A stretch of DNA of 58,265 nt, filler included, from Sphacelaria rigidula (GCA_964200075.2; 5 parts of 5 records of this genome joined end to end with filler, not necessarily neighbours in it); one strand, 5' to 3'. Counted from the first letter of the whole stretch, positions 12,399-25,803 are shown. Notes: generated by a model not told the origin, from the sequence alone. Program-made: numbers and translations.

Positions 12399-13861
12399 TA
12401 TAGTCAGTACTTCTTTGTGTGAGTTTAGAGGGGCAAACAAAACCAGCCCGCCCTGGACGGAAAATACCACGCTGCCCTCACGGCTGGCACCTCACACCGC
12501 ACGACCTAGCCATCAACATATCTCCCACAAAAACACCACAGACATATCTAACCATCGCACCTGTCATTGTGTTTGTTCAGAGGTTGCCCTTGTGCTTAAC
12601 GGGGTCGTGTTTGGGCTGGGTGACCAAGATTCTCCCAAAACAACGCATAAAAACAGGCAACCTACGGGAGACAACACTCCGGGGATTCATTCAACACGTA
12701 AGATCCTTGCACGATCGTGACTGCTCGCATGCACGCAAGACAGTTGTGATAAAAGAACCAACCTCGACTCGACTAGCCCCATAGCACATAAGGACTCGCC
12801 ATGCACGGTAGAGGGGCAGGAGGGAGGCAATTCCCGGATTGGGCATGAGCGGTGAAGCTCAGGCACACCAACCCACGGTGGGCACCTCAACCGTTCGCCG
12901 GGCCAAAACGTCATGGCATCGACCTCTAAAAGCGACTTCATGCCTCCGTGTGCCTCATAATAACGTGAGTTTTCCATCAGTGCCCTAGTTGTCCATGTCA
13001 GAGTACCGAGATGGAGGCAACACCACAGAATATGGAGGTGTGGTGGATTGATGTGTGCCATTTGCCCGTTTTTGAAATTGATCTCGAGACAAAATGGTCC
13101 AAAGTCTTCGACTGTTCCACAGAAGAAAAATGTTTGTATCGACAGTATTTCACAAGGTTGCAACACAGGTGGTGGACGTATCAAAGGCTCTCATCCGCGC
13201 AATGCTACGAAAAAATCTCCTGCCTCTCGGCACGCATATGAGCAAGTGTCGGAAAACTTGCCGTAGGTGGCGTGGGATCTCCATCCGATTGCACTCGATG
13301 TGAGAGACGATATAGCAAAATTCTGTCCTTCTTTCGGGGCGGACGAGGGCTGTAATGTCGTAGGTAGTCACTGGCGATATTTTGGAGGACAAGTCGCAGA
13401 TGCGGACGGTGTTGTCCTGCTGACAACTCAGGATATCTTGATGTCCAAATTGAATTAGACCTTTACCCGACAACCACGCCCCGACAGCTGCCATGTATTT
13501 GAGGAGCGCCGATATCTGCAGGCGAAATCCACCCAGTAAAAAATAACCCATTTAAATGACGCCTGATACGCTTGCAATGCTGCCATGGTGAAATAAGAAA
13601 AAAAACGTACAAAACCATACGCAAGAGTACACACAACAGCAACGGGAAATCACCCAAAATGTGCTCATCGAAGGCTCACGTCCTGACATTCCCATCACGA
13701 AACAGTCCCACTTCTGATGGACATCCGCCGGTCGAGCAACGAACGAACGAACACCCGAGAAAACAAGCCATCTACTACCTGCACAAAGAAACAAAAAAAT
13801 ACTTTTTTTCGCAAAAACCATGTCCTACCACAAAATCCTCTTCTGCCGGTGCCCCCCTCAA

Positions 13862-15164
13862 TCACGCCTTGCTCTCCTTCTTTCTTCGCTTCTTCTTCTT
13901 AACCGCCTCGGTGCCTGCCTCGGACCCGTTCCCTGACCCCAATCCTTTGACTCTTTCGCGGGCCTTTCCCCCTCCCATTCGCTTCTCCAGCCCACATCCT
14001 TTAGCACCACATTCCTCCGCTAACGCACGTTCCGCTCCTTCCAAGACCCCCGACCCATCCCGATCCTTCCTCTTTTTTCGTGATCGGCTGGCCGCCGTTG
14101 CTGTGGTTGCTTTGTTCTCGTCAACACTCCCGCAGCCCTCTGCATGATCCATCGAGTGTGTTCGAGGTCGTTGGCGGCTTTGCACGCCTGGAGGCGAATC
14201 ATCTCCGTCTGCGGCGGTGGCTGTAGCGGCGGCCGGCGTGGTTTCGGCCCGTTCAGCGAGGTCCATCGATCGCGTCCGAGGACGGTGCGGAGACCCAGCC
14301 GTCCGTGCTATCTCACCATCATCATCGGTCTTGCCGTTGCTTCCACTAATCCGTTCCTCCCTCCTTCGCTTCTTGTCCTTCTTCTTGGCGCTTTTCGCCG
14401 CCGCCTTCTCTAGTTTTTCCCGAGCAGTGCTCGATTTACTACTACTATCGCCGCCGCTGATGACAGGGTAGGACGGTAGCGAGGGCCCCGCCGACTTGCC
14501 GAGAATTGCTCGCAGGTCCTCGGCGCTGAAGCTCTTCACATCCTTGGAGCGTACGCGCCGTGCGCGCGAGGGACAGGCGTAGGCACCTTGGGCATTGACA
14601 CTGGCGGTACCACTGCCGTTACTCTCGATATCACTACCACTGCCTGTACTACCATCAGAGCTACTGCGGTTACCGCTCTCACCCTTTTTTCTCCTTTTGT
14701 CCTTTTTGCTCTTCTTCTTTCTTTTTTTCGACTTCTTTTCGTTACTGTCATGAGCGGTACCATACGCTTTGGCCAGAGTCTCCAGCACGCCATTAAAGCT
14801 CACCGCGGTGCTCGCCCAACCCGCCGCTCCCGTTTGATCTCGCGTGGCGCCCAACCCCAAGTTGTTGGACTTCTTGGACACCTTGACGTGCTCCGACACA
14901 CCGTCCTCGTTCTTACCCAGGCCTTTGCCCTCTGTCCACCCCATCTTTTGGAGCATTTTCAATCCAAACTTGCTTTTGTCGTTTTTCCATGATTGGTTGA
15001 GGGTGTCGCTGGCCCCGGAAGCAGCCATGGCAAGGCTAATGCGAGGTGCAAGAGAATGGATCCGGGTGGAGGGCACGCCATGACGTGGATTATGACCTTT
15101 GTCATATTGGAAAATAACATAGAGAAATCGGGGGCATTCACCCTCGTGTCGATCTCTGCGACAT
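13862..15164 (-). CDS. PINX1: G-patch domain protein, PINX1/Pxr1(Gno1)-like rRNA-processing cofactor
   Basis: NQSWKNDKSKFGLKMLQKMGWTEGKGLGKNEDGVSEHVKVSKKSNNLGLGAT matches the PINX1-type N-terminal G-patch, then FNGVLETL, RVRSKDVKSFSAEDLRAILG and a Lys-rich tail. Proposed exon 1 15164-15142 (MSQRSTR, GG|GTGAAT), 106-nt phase-2 intron with a pyrimidine tract (CATTAG|), exon 2 15035-13862; alternative start ATG at 15028. Confidence 0.88.
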
Positions 15165-15181
15165 ATTGCTCTCTCTTGACC

Positions 15182-18100
15182 ATGGCAGCAGCATCCCCTT
15201 TCGAAGAACTAGATGTGAGTGGTGTCAACTACAGTGGGATCGCATGTTGCATGTCGCAGTAAAGTTCAATGGTACATATTGAACGAGGTTGTGGTGACAT
15301 GTTGTCTTGGCTTTCTCGTGACATGCGGTGTCAAGAACAAACTCCAAGCCATTCAAAACGTCGACACCCCAGATCCATCCTTGCTGCGATCTCGAGGAGG
15401 TGTGAACTTGCACGTTCACCGTGCTTGCGCCAATATATCTAGAGTAAGTCTATACACTACGCTAGTGTGCGGCTATATTGCTTCGGCTTGGCAGAGTAGG
15501 ATGGAAGAATGACCGTCGGCGCACATGCTCATATTTGATCGACGCCCATCCTCACAACGCCGAAGACCGTTACACGGTGTATGGGAGGCAGTGTTGCCAG
15601 CGAACGGGAAGGATATCGTGACGAATGCACACGACTATGGGCACGTAGATGCTTCACATTGGTGATCAGTGCCATTTTCAGCGCGTGCGGTGTGAGAGTA
15701 CAGCGGATATTGCAGCGAGACTTCTCACTTCCATACCATGTACTGTGCGGCAGTGCACTCGTACAGGACAGTCGTCCATGCGACGCAAAACAAATGGCGG
15801 TGGATAACACCCCCTGTCCCCTGTATCCAGCACCCCGTTCCATGCTCTGAAATCCACGCTGTGATACAAAAAAGCAATAGACCTCAAAATTCAGTCGTCG
15901 AAATAAGATGCCAAGTACTGAATATGGAGCAGAAAACGATTCGGTCATGCTTCATGTTTGTGGCCTCGGGTGTCACGGTTCCCCTTTCCTGTCGTGGTGC
16001 TGTGCACCTGTTTCGAGGATACCTTGGCGCTTGGTTGATGGTTTTCTCGAAGGAAGGAATCGACGCGTTGACGACACTTGTCTTTCATTCGTTTTCTAGA
16101 AGCTCCGCTCTTACTTTTCTGTACTGCTTTGTTGTAGCAAGGTACCGAACGAAGACTTTACAGGAAGTAGTCAAACACTGCGATAATGCTTAGCTCGCTG
16201 CGGTAAGTGGAGCTAGAGTAGGAGACGTGTACCCATGCACAGATTTCAGCTACTCGAGATGCGTCTCAGTTGCGACGCGCGGTAAGGTTTGCATCAATCC
16301 AAGCACTTCACGGGTGCAACGGCAACGCAACTCCTGTTGGAAAATCGCCTTTCCCGCCATCAAGTTGGGCTGGTGTACGCCGCTACTACAGGACTGCAGT
16401 AATGTACGATGTGCTCTGCTCATGTTGTCTCACGTTACACGTGAGGCAATCACACACAGCCATAGCGTATTTTTCTCCGAATCCTGAAAACTCAAGCCCA
16501 ACTGACTGTGCTCCGTTACAGCGGTATCCCCGCTTTGAGGCGGTTATCTGTAAGGCGGCCCCTAGCTTTACGGCGGTGGAAATCGGCTTCCACCATTAAT
16601 TCTCTGGTAGCTTGGGCCCAATTCACTTCGAGCTTCAGGCCGGCTTGAAGGCAGCCAATCATTGTTTGCATTGCAATATACCACACCCCGGACAATATAT
16701 GGTCAGTGAATGCAGTAGGCAAAAATGTACTGCGTTGAGAGTAGGCTTATTTCAACTATTGTCGGTCCGACGATAGTTGTAATAGGCCTACACTCAATCG
16801 AATCCATTTTTGTCTATTGCATCTATTGATCATATGTTATCTAGGGTGTGCAACATACCGAATAAAGTGCTCCCCCCACTAAACAAGATAAGAGGTAGGT
16901 GAAAGAGTAGTGCAGCGAGCCAGGGGTCCAATCACTGTCTCACGGGAGGGAGGGAGTGATGAGGTCACCGAGTAAAGCTTCTGGCACAAGCCTATTTGCT
17001 GAAACAATGATTGCTGCGTCATTGAAGCTGCAAACTAAAGTAAAACCTCCTCCGCCCTTCCGTTATCATGCATGGACAAAAACACCCTAATAACAACATC
17101 GCCCGGGTGCACAGTTGGAGGTATGTGTGAGCCTTCTCCCAAGCGACATCGGGGACATATACGCGGGCATCCGGCGGCACATTTACCGCTACCTCATGAA
17201 GTATAACGACGCGGTGGGCGGCGTACTTCTAGCTGTCTCAAGCCTATCCTTCGCGGACGGCGCGCGGGAAGGACGGATCACCGACGAGATGCCGCATATT
17301 CACTTTGATGTCAAGGCCAAGGCGCAAGTGTTCCGGCCACGAGCTGGCCACGTTTTGGAGGGGCGCGTGAACAAGGTGGGAGGGTGGATGATGGATTGCC
17401 CGGTGGAGGATAGCAATGCGCATGTCCTCCTGTGGTACGAGCAACGTGCCGTAGCGTGTGGTCAAGGCGTTTATTTTAAACGATACTCGATGGAGGCATC
17501 TTGCCAACTCCAATATCTATACGGAAGGGATCAAGACTTGCCTTGGGTCGCTGCTTGTGGCGAACAAAAGTACAAATACGGAAGACTGTCTTTCTGAAGC
17601 TCTTGTGTCGTTTTTCGCCCTAAAAAAGACCCAGGCGAATTTTGACACCTCGGAATGTCCTGCTGTACTCGTTAAGACGGTTCCAGCTCACCTGTATATT
17701 TTCCGGATAGCCACAGTATTTGTTGTGGCTGAACTTGTAGTTTTCTCGGATAGCGCTCATTTTTCTCGCAGACCGCATAGCTTTCTTACAGAGCGTAAAA
17801 ATGACGCAGACGCCCCGAAACAGTTTCCCATATTTGTTGCTGTTGTTTGCCATAAGAAGCGACCTTGACCAGTGCACGTGTCTTGCAAGCCGAAGACCTG
17901 CCGTAGTTGGCGTAGCGTTACTTGAATTTGTCCCACTTTTATCTAAGTTGACGTGAAGTTGCCTTGATTTGCCGAAGACTTGCCTTATTTGCGCAACATC
18001 GCCCTAATATGCCCACCACTTGCCTCAGGAGGCATGGGATTGCCTTATGCAAGCATTACTGAGTACCTACCGGCGCAATATGCGTATGGGTTCAAAGTGG

Positions 18101-19882
18101 GTGTCCCACCACAGTGCAGTCAAAACCACTGCCGTCCCAATTCATTGTACTAATTAATATTCAAGTAATTTGTACCATACCCAGTAATGTGTAGGGTCCC
18201 AACTTAGTGCAGCCATGCCAGGCTCGTAATCCACCTCACTGTGCTGGGACCCCCACCGTCTGAGCATGCAGCAGAAACAAGGTGGACCAATGTGGTTCAC
18301 ACTGAAGTGTCGGTCCAACATCAAGTTCCGCTTCTTAACCAGTGTCGGCCGAGGTATTTCATGAAAAGCGGATATTCAACAGTACCGTTGAGCGCTGAAT
18401 GCAGTGTGGACGATACTCAGCACAAGCACGCACTCCTAGAACCCACGAGCGGTGTTTTCATCATTGTTTACAAACGTGCAGACCGGACGCAAAACGGAGG
18501 CAGCCGACGTTGTTGTCCGACCTGGCACCAGAGTCAAAGATGAAGCTGTTGACGCGACACTGATCAGGACAAGTATATGTGGCACGATCTCAACATGTGC
18601 GAAATCAAAGCTCAAATGGGGCCATACTCCGCCAAACGGGACTCGAAGCGAAACACAAAACGAGGAAGGCACCCGCGGTGCTCGCGTACACTCTCTCAAA
18701 TAAAATGCACCGATAATTGACTTGCAGCCGAGCATTAACACACAGTTTTTTGTTCCCACTGTTGCCTATTGTGGAGTACGACGGTGAAATTTCTGCAGTC
18801 GTAGCCGCCCCAACGGTCGTCAGGAGTCTGGCAACGTAGTATGTGTTCTAAACTCGTGGTCGGACGTTCCGTACATCCGTGGGCTTCTGTTGGACGCGCC
18901 CAGGCCCGGTTCAGCGACTCAAATAAGCCCATCTGTGAAAATCGGACTCGATTACGACTGTAGAAGTGCCTTCAAAGGCTGGGATATGGGGGAATTCGCG
19001 CTGTGGGCATGGTCGGGTCCGTGCCTGGGGTGTTGCAGTTGCTATCAAGGGGTAGAGCTTACCATATCGTACCGTAGCTTGACACGTGTGCAATGCGTAA
19101 CCTGGTGAGTGGATTTGGGGTCGCGTACGCTTCCGTAGAGACGGTTCGTCCTGGGTGAATGCGGTTGTATGTATGCAGCACTGATATGCATCAAGCCACG
19201 TTGAGTGTAAGTTGCTGTTTTTTTTTTGTCGGTTGACCACGTCGACACACTCCGACCGCCATGTGCCGTTGCGCCTGCCTCATGAACGTTGCATATCCAC
19301 GGTGTATGTCGTGCGTCACCTGTATGGTTTCACAGGAACAGTGTCCCGTTAAGCATGATTCGTCAGCGCAATCTTACGCTTCAGTCGCCGAGTCGTTGTT
19401 GCTGGTGTCGTTTTCACAATTCGAATTGGTTCCGATCTCTGAGCAGCATCTTCTAGCTTCCGCACTGCGCACCTGACGCGGGCGCCTTCCGTGGTCACAG
19501 GTCAACTACCCAAAAAATAGTTAGAATGAGATCAAAGAAAAAATGTAACAAAATGACCCGAAAAAGTTTAATGCAGACGTGTGTATTAAAAGAAGAAAGA
19601 AGCTGTTCAAAATATATATATATAGTCAAAGCCGAGGGTACCTACCTTTTGAAAGTGTTAAAGCACCCTCGTCGCCGTTTATTCTGTTGGGTGTCTGCAC
19701 TCCTCCGTTCATTAGGTCACAAGCACTCACGTGGGTATGTTAGTGTGCGGGATATTCAATGCGTCGGTGGCGGCCGAGGCAATGGGAGAGGGGTTCACGT
19801 ATGATATGGCGGAGCTGGCCTGGAGAGGACCTCGAGGCGAGGTCATTGCCCTGGGGAATGCCATTCAGTTTGTCGTACAAAG
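15182..19882 (+). CDS. RPA43: RNA polymerase I subunit RPA43 (Rpb7-like SHS2 plus S1/OB domains); spliced, final exon not found
   Basis: Phase-consistent exons 15182-15214 (MAAASPFEELD|GTGAGT), 17115-17375 (LEVCVSLLPSD...YLMKYNDAVGGVLLA...GRITDEMPHIHFDV...VFRPRAGHVLEGRVNK), 19716-19882 (VTSTHVGMLVCGIFNASV...GEVIALGNAIQFVVQ). LMKY...GVLLA, FRP..G..LEG.VNK and H.G.LV.G.FNAS are RPA43 hallmarks. Confidence 0.9.
16681..16850. mobile_element. Fold-back palindromic MITE-like element, copy 2 (in RPA43 intron 1)
   Basis: TA|CCACACCCCGGACAATATATGGTCA...TGATCATATGTTATCTAGGGTGTG; diverged homolog of 12223-12398. Confidence 0.75.
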
Positions 19883-21223
19883 GTGAGGGCGACACCAACC
19901 CACACGCCAGTAGCCCTCCGACTACGAATCGTGTGGACATTTCTTTTTCGTCAATGTGTGCCGACACTAGCTTTGCGTCGCTTGGTTTTTCATGGATAAA
20001 ATGTTTGGAATAACTCATCAGATGATATTCCATCTGCGAGGTTGACCCAGTGCCTACACAAGCGACCGGGTAGAACAGGATCGAGAGTTGAGCTAGTGAG
20101 GTTTGTAGTGAACGTATTTTGATGTTGATACAGACATCGCCGGTGCGAGTGAGGAGCTAGTGTTACGAGAAAAATGAGGAGGAGCCCATAATTTTGGTTG
20201 AGGCCACGCACCCCCCCCCCCCCGGTGTGCTTACGTCAATGATCCATCATATATACATATATGTATATAAATGTACAAGTATCATTTCACATTTCCCACC
20301 ACTTTTGCCGAGTTTTCTCTGGCGGCCAGGCATTTTTTCCCGCGCTTTCTTTTGCAGCGCACTGAGAAGGCTCAGCGGTACATCAATTACCGTTCAGGTT
20401 TGGGTGTCATCTGATACCCGTGGCGCGTGTTTTCGCCACCGAAAGTCGCTCAAAGTGGCTCTTTTCAGCGGGCTCTCGATCCCGAACCACAGAAGCCTTT
20501 TTAAAGATAATGAGAAACTTGGAAAAAGAGTCCGAACTACCAAAAAAATCTGTTGAAGATAATGGAAATCTTCATTATTACTTCTGGCGGGGTATTTTCC
20601 CCCCGTGTTTCTGTTTGTCGCGTTCTCGTTCATTTGGGAGCACGCACACACCGGTTATGCCACCAATGTCACGAGAACATGAGAGCAAAGCAGTTGGAAA
20701 GACATGAACATTGCCTTGGCCTCAGTCAGCAATAAACACAAGACCGTGCAATGGGCCATTGGCGAGTCGGACAAGGCACAGCAGCACGGCAGCACAGGAA
20801 TGTTTTGCCGCAAAACAATCACCTTGTTGTTCAAAGAGTCCCGGTGATGTGGAAGCCGCAGTGATGTACAAACAAGATGCCAAGAATGTTCCACGCATTA
20901 CTATTTTTCTGGAGTGCTTCCCGCTGTCATGTCTTTATGGCACAAGAGCTACTTCGCACCCTGGCACCTCGGAAATACGACACATATCCTACGCCGGCGG
21001 TTCAGCCGTCGGCCTCCGTCCGAATTCCCACATTTCCGAACGGCATCCGATAACACATGCGATGTTTTGTACAGCCACGATCACAGCTGTACATTGAGAT
21101 AACACAGCGATACGCGTTGCGACATCTGCCCCCTTTTCCTCAACTTGTAAAAAGAATGGCTCCCGCTGTTGAGCAGGCCATGGTTCCGTGGTTATCATTT
21201 TTCTGTGGTCCAATATATGAATA

Positions 21224-21578
21224 CCGGTCGCCCCGGTGGCTCAGTTGGCAACCTCGAAACCTTCTGACGGTTGGGTCGTGAGTTTTAATCTTGGAGCGAT
21301 CTGGGATTTTTCCTCACACGATGCCCAACAGTGGAGAGCGACTCTGTCGTGGGTACACAAAATTCGACTCAACGGTCGACGAGGGAAAGGGATTCCTGAA
21401 CCCTTCTCGCGATAAAAAAAGAAAGGAAGCACAGCAGAAGAAAGGCGGAGTACTAAAAACAAATCGAAAAGGAAAAGCTCTCGTGTTGACCCTCCTACTG
21501 TGTAGCCCTGGTTGATGCGCCCACATATACCGAAAGGTGTAGACCGGTGTCCAGAATAGATGGGACGACAAAACACAC
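21224..21578 (+). mobile_element. tRNA-derived SINE, copy 2
   Basis: CCGGTCGCCCCGGTGGCTCAGTTGG head, degenerate B box GAGTTTTAATC, conserved body, 3' CCAGAATAGATGGGA plus ACAAAACACAC tail. Confidence 0.85.
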
Positions 21579-23248
21579 TCGTTGCCATGCCATGCCTTGC
21601 CTTACCTTGCCCTACGCTGTCCTAACGTGTTCGGTCTTTCGACCTGTGTTGTTTCCGTCTATTGGCCTTTCTTAGCCTATTATGGCCTGCGGACCGTATA
21701 ACCGACGATTCGTTCTCATTTCAGTTCTTCTGGGTCGTCCATACATTTATGTGTATATCAGGTTTTCGCTGACGTGTTTGTATAAAAAACCCCGCCCTTT
21801 GGGGAACCGTGTTTTCATCTTCGTGGGCATATTATTATTGTCTCCCTTGTATTTTGTCTTTTTGTGCCATAGCTTTGTGACGACGGGCGCTAGATTTCTG
21901 GGAAAGGGCAAATGTGAGATACAGCAGCAACAACAGGAACAACGGGGGGTAGGTACGTGAGATAGTTGCTTCTGGCCGCATAGCATCACACTCGGCTGGC
22001 TGTGAGGTGCCTTACCTATACGCACGAGAATGAAAGGTTTCTCTGAACCAGAAACCGATCCACTGCACCTTTCAGCATGATGAGATCAACTGACTGGACT
22101 ACCCTGGCTACCAGCACCATGTTTCAGCGCCACAGGTGGTCAGGGAAGATGGACGACTCCGAGCATCACCGGACGCAAGACATACATATCCGGAAGGATG
22201 AAGACTGAACTTACTTTCGATATGCGTCCTTTTTTGGGCTACATTTTCATTTGTATTATATGCGGTCACGGCTGCCCGTGGAGGGCTTGAAAGGCTAACC
22301 CCAACGCGAATCCCCTGCCTAACCCTAACCCTACCCCTACCCCTACGACTGTTGAGGCTTGCCGGTCGGGAGGAGAAGTGTTGTTGTTTCATTTCGGGGT
22401 TACGTCGTGCACTAGTTCAAGTCACGGCACATGTTTGGAAGCTTGCCCGCGAATTTGTATCTGTTTCAGGGTGTACTTGAACTCGCATCCCCGACACACC
22501 GCTCGTACTGTAGTGTCGAGTTCGTCCGGCTCCACCGTAATCGCACCACTCGGCCAAGGTGAATCGGACACCAACGGTGAGAAAAATCCTGCCGTCGTGG
22601 GTGGTTAACGGAATGTACGAGGTTCGCGTGTCCGCCGATTGACCACTTTGCCACCAGAATAGCCGAAACGGAACTTCTGCGATTCACGTGGGAAATAGAG
22701 CAGTATGCGTTCTAAGTAAGTCGGCAATACGGCTTTTAAAACTCCAAATCGCCGCGTGATCTGTATTGACGATATGATACGACATACTTCCTCGCGTTCG
22801 GATCGTACGGGTGCAAGACCCGTCTCTGTTCTGCCAAGGTGCTACACACCCCTCGCCCCCAGACCCACATGCCCACGTACACATCAGACTGGATCAAGTA
22901 CTAGTCACAACAGTGCCACGCACCACACGTACCACCTCAACCGTCATTCTGAGCTTTCGAGTTAACCTTCCAGGGGCACACAAAATGGTTGATGCCACCC
23001 TCAATGACTGCACCATCAACCGCGGTGCCAGCTCCCCTACTTGATAGCACGTCTGATGTTTTGTTCAACACAACCAACCCCGCAGCCGGGTGGAAATTTC
23101 CCCTAGCCCCCGGTGGCACATTATTGCCCGCGAATCAAACTCAACGGAGCATGGCTCCCGACGACACTTTCTACGATAGCCCCCCCCAAAAAAGTGCCCG
23201 GTTTCGGGAGGCAAAATCTTGACGTAAATTGAAATAGGAAAGGCCGAG

Positions 23249-23348
23249 NNNNNNNNNNNNNNNNNNNNNNNNNNNNNNNNNNNNNNNNNNNNTTAATTAA
23301 TTAANNNNNNNNNNNNNNNNNNNNNNNNNNNNNNNNNNNNNNNNNNNN
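23249..23348. other. Artificial contig linker
   Basis: Same N44-TTAATTAATTAA-N44 structure. Confidence 0.98.
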
Positions 23349-24699
23349 GAGACAGGCTTTAGAAGTAAAAATCTAGAACGAGAACCGACTGCTGCCCGAC
23401 ACCGGAAGCACTAGGGTCCTCCAAGGAACGCTACTCCAGGTGAAACGTATGGGTTATGATGTGAATATTTTATGCGAGTTGAGAGATTATTGGAGTCATG
23501 TGTTTAGGTCAACGCGAAGTTAGCCCCTCAGTGTGCATATATATATCACCAGCATGACTAATCAAATAGCCGAGCGCGAAGTTAGACTTTTCAAGGTGCA
23601 GTATATGTCACCTATATGGCTAGTCAAACAGTGAAAACGCGAAATTAGTTCCATCAGAGTGCATAGGATGTCACCAAGATGGTTCACAAAACAGCGAAGC
23701 CACACGTGTCAACCAACCTTGAACCAGCACAGTGCTGGAGGCACGGCAATTAATCAAGCAGGCCGACCTCTGGAAACGCGGAGACTCGAAATAGCACTAA
23801 CAAAAACTTTACCCAACCTGCGAATGCACGACCTTGTCAATCCCTACCATTTAGCAAAATAAAGAAAGGGAGGTGTATTGAATGGTCTTACAGCATCCCA
23901 GCTCGCAAGCTGAGAGGAGTTGCAAAGTACAGGCAGTTCAATATTCCACACCTCAGTACGCATGAAATGGAGAAAAGTGTCAACCGTCAGGTGAAAAACG
24001 AGTCGGAGAGAAACGGTTTCGTAGTCAGTACAATAACTAACTTCATCAGAAGGGCACCAAAACAGCCCTCAGATGTGGTGTGAAAATACATACGAAGAGC
24101 AGAAGCTCAAAAGAGCACGATGAGAGTCGGTCCCTGAGCAGCCTTCAGAGCAGCTGTGGGAAAAACAATACACCACACGAAGGAACTCGTGAAACAATGT
24201 AGCTCAACTTGTTGAAGCTCTCAAGTATGTCACATTCTGCGCCGTACCCCAAGGGATCGGTAACGTTACATCCCGTTGTAAGCAGGGGCTAGTGATTCCA
24301 AATCGAAACACCAGTCTTCCCTTTGCAACCCGACATTAGATTATCACTGTTGTGACTCGTAACAACGCATCATCACCCGCCAGGTATACAGATGCGCCCA
24401 TAGGGCTATCCTGTCCACCAGCCTGCGTTAGAGTTGCAGCCAGAGTAAACGGTACCCTCGCTGGAAATAAACATAATCAATTCCGCAGCAGATGTACCGT
24501 ATATCAGCAAAAGTTGATAGATGAACAACAACCCACCATGGCTGCCGAGGATACAAAACCAGTACCGCCAGGTCCCATCGATTTCAGAAGCGCGGCTGGT
24601 TCCCCCATAAAAAAATCCGAGGGTTCCGGCATAAAATGACAGTACTAGTTGGAAAGAAAAAAATATCTGTCAACTACCGAGTGGTAAAAGTCACCTCAC

Positions 24700-25640
24700 A
24701 ACAGCTGTCGTGGAGCCGCACATAATAACTGATGAAGACACTTGATCGCCTGATGTACCTCAAGCATTCACGCGCATCATTGTTTCAAGAACAGCATGCA
24801 TGTAGTCGACGAATAAAACGGACATGGTACAAACCGCCAACCCGTTGAGCCGACAGGTAAACCCCGATAAAACTTCATGATAATGATGAGGGACAACACC
24901 CGGAGAAATTTCATGTTATTCCGCACATCCTCTCACGACTGTTTGTGCTACTACAACTATGTGGTAATGTGCCAGAAGACCATGCGTTGCAAATAGCCGA
25001 ACCACATAGCACCGTCAAATATTGGCCGAGAAGCTCTTCCGTTTGACGCTTGTGCAGAGTGACCGAGAGCTGTCAGTTTACCGCGAAAAACAAAAATCGC
25101 AAAAAGAGCGGAGACGGGAATGCGCACACTATGTCAGGATTGCCAACGCCGGGAAAACGGTTCACAACCGGCCGAAATTTGCCGATGGGACACGTTACGG
25201 TAGGACGGCTATACAAACGAGCACCGGCAATCCCAGTCGAATGAAAAACAACTTCGATGTCAAAAGCTGGAATACTAAAGATGCATTGTCCGTATTGGAC
25301 CACCTCACAAGGTACGCTTTGCTCATTCCGGTGCCGAAAAAACAGACCACATCAATTTAGCCAAAACTATAATTGACTTTATTGCATTTGGCATCCCGGG
25401 AAAAACTCTTTCTCGGTGTTCAAACACAGTCAAGGGGTACTCCTGTACTCACCATACCAGGACTCAGGAAGGCCGAAACCGAAACTCCAATTTACGTGCA
25501 GAGGACCTTTCATGGTAACCGAGAGACAATTGCCAGTTACGTACATAAGCGAAAACTCTAAAACAAATGTCAGTACATCTCGCTCACTTGAAAAAATATC
25601 ACCCGCAGTAAACACCACCCGCATCAGATGTCGATAAATC
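24700..25640 (+). mobile_element. Highly degenerate Ty3/Gypsy pol remnant (RNase H end, integrase core, GPF motif)
   Basis: Fragments in the expected order: KFHVIPHILSRL (~24907; ADALSR-like), LSVLDHLTRYALLIPVPKKQTTSI (~25290; integrase core), KPKLQFTCRGPFMVTERQLPVTY (~25480; GPF); many stops and deletions. Confidence 0.65.
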
Positions 25641-25803
25641 GAGCGAGTTGTTCCTAGACAAACAGATACCTCTACCAGAGAGACCAACCACAGGAAACGT
25701 TGTCTACAATAGAACGTTACGCTGCCAAAAAATGGTAGGTCACGCGCCAGGCCCAGGTCGGAGAAGTCATCACAACGATCAACATCTGTTGAGACTACAG
25801 AGC

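Noticed and set aside
13050-13450. Minus-strand peptides resembling WD40 (ILSCQQDNTVRICDL) or reverse transcriptase (RAFDT) fragments
   Set aside because: Short matches lacking key residues and with no splice-consistent model; chance similarity cannot be excluded
22317-22347. Telomere-like CCCTAA/CCCTAC run
   Set aside because: Only about five imperfect units, internal to the contig; too short to indicate a telomere or fusion
22135-22610. Candidate final RPA43 exons
   Set aside because: Phase-2 acceptors here give peptides without the expected terminal OB-fold strand; the last exon is probably beyond the contig end
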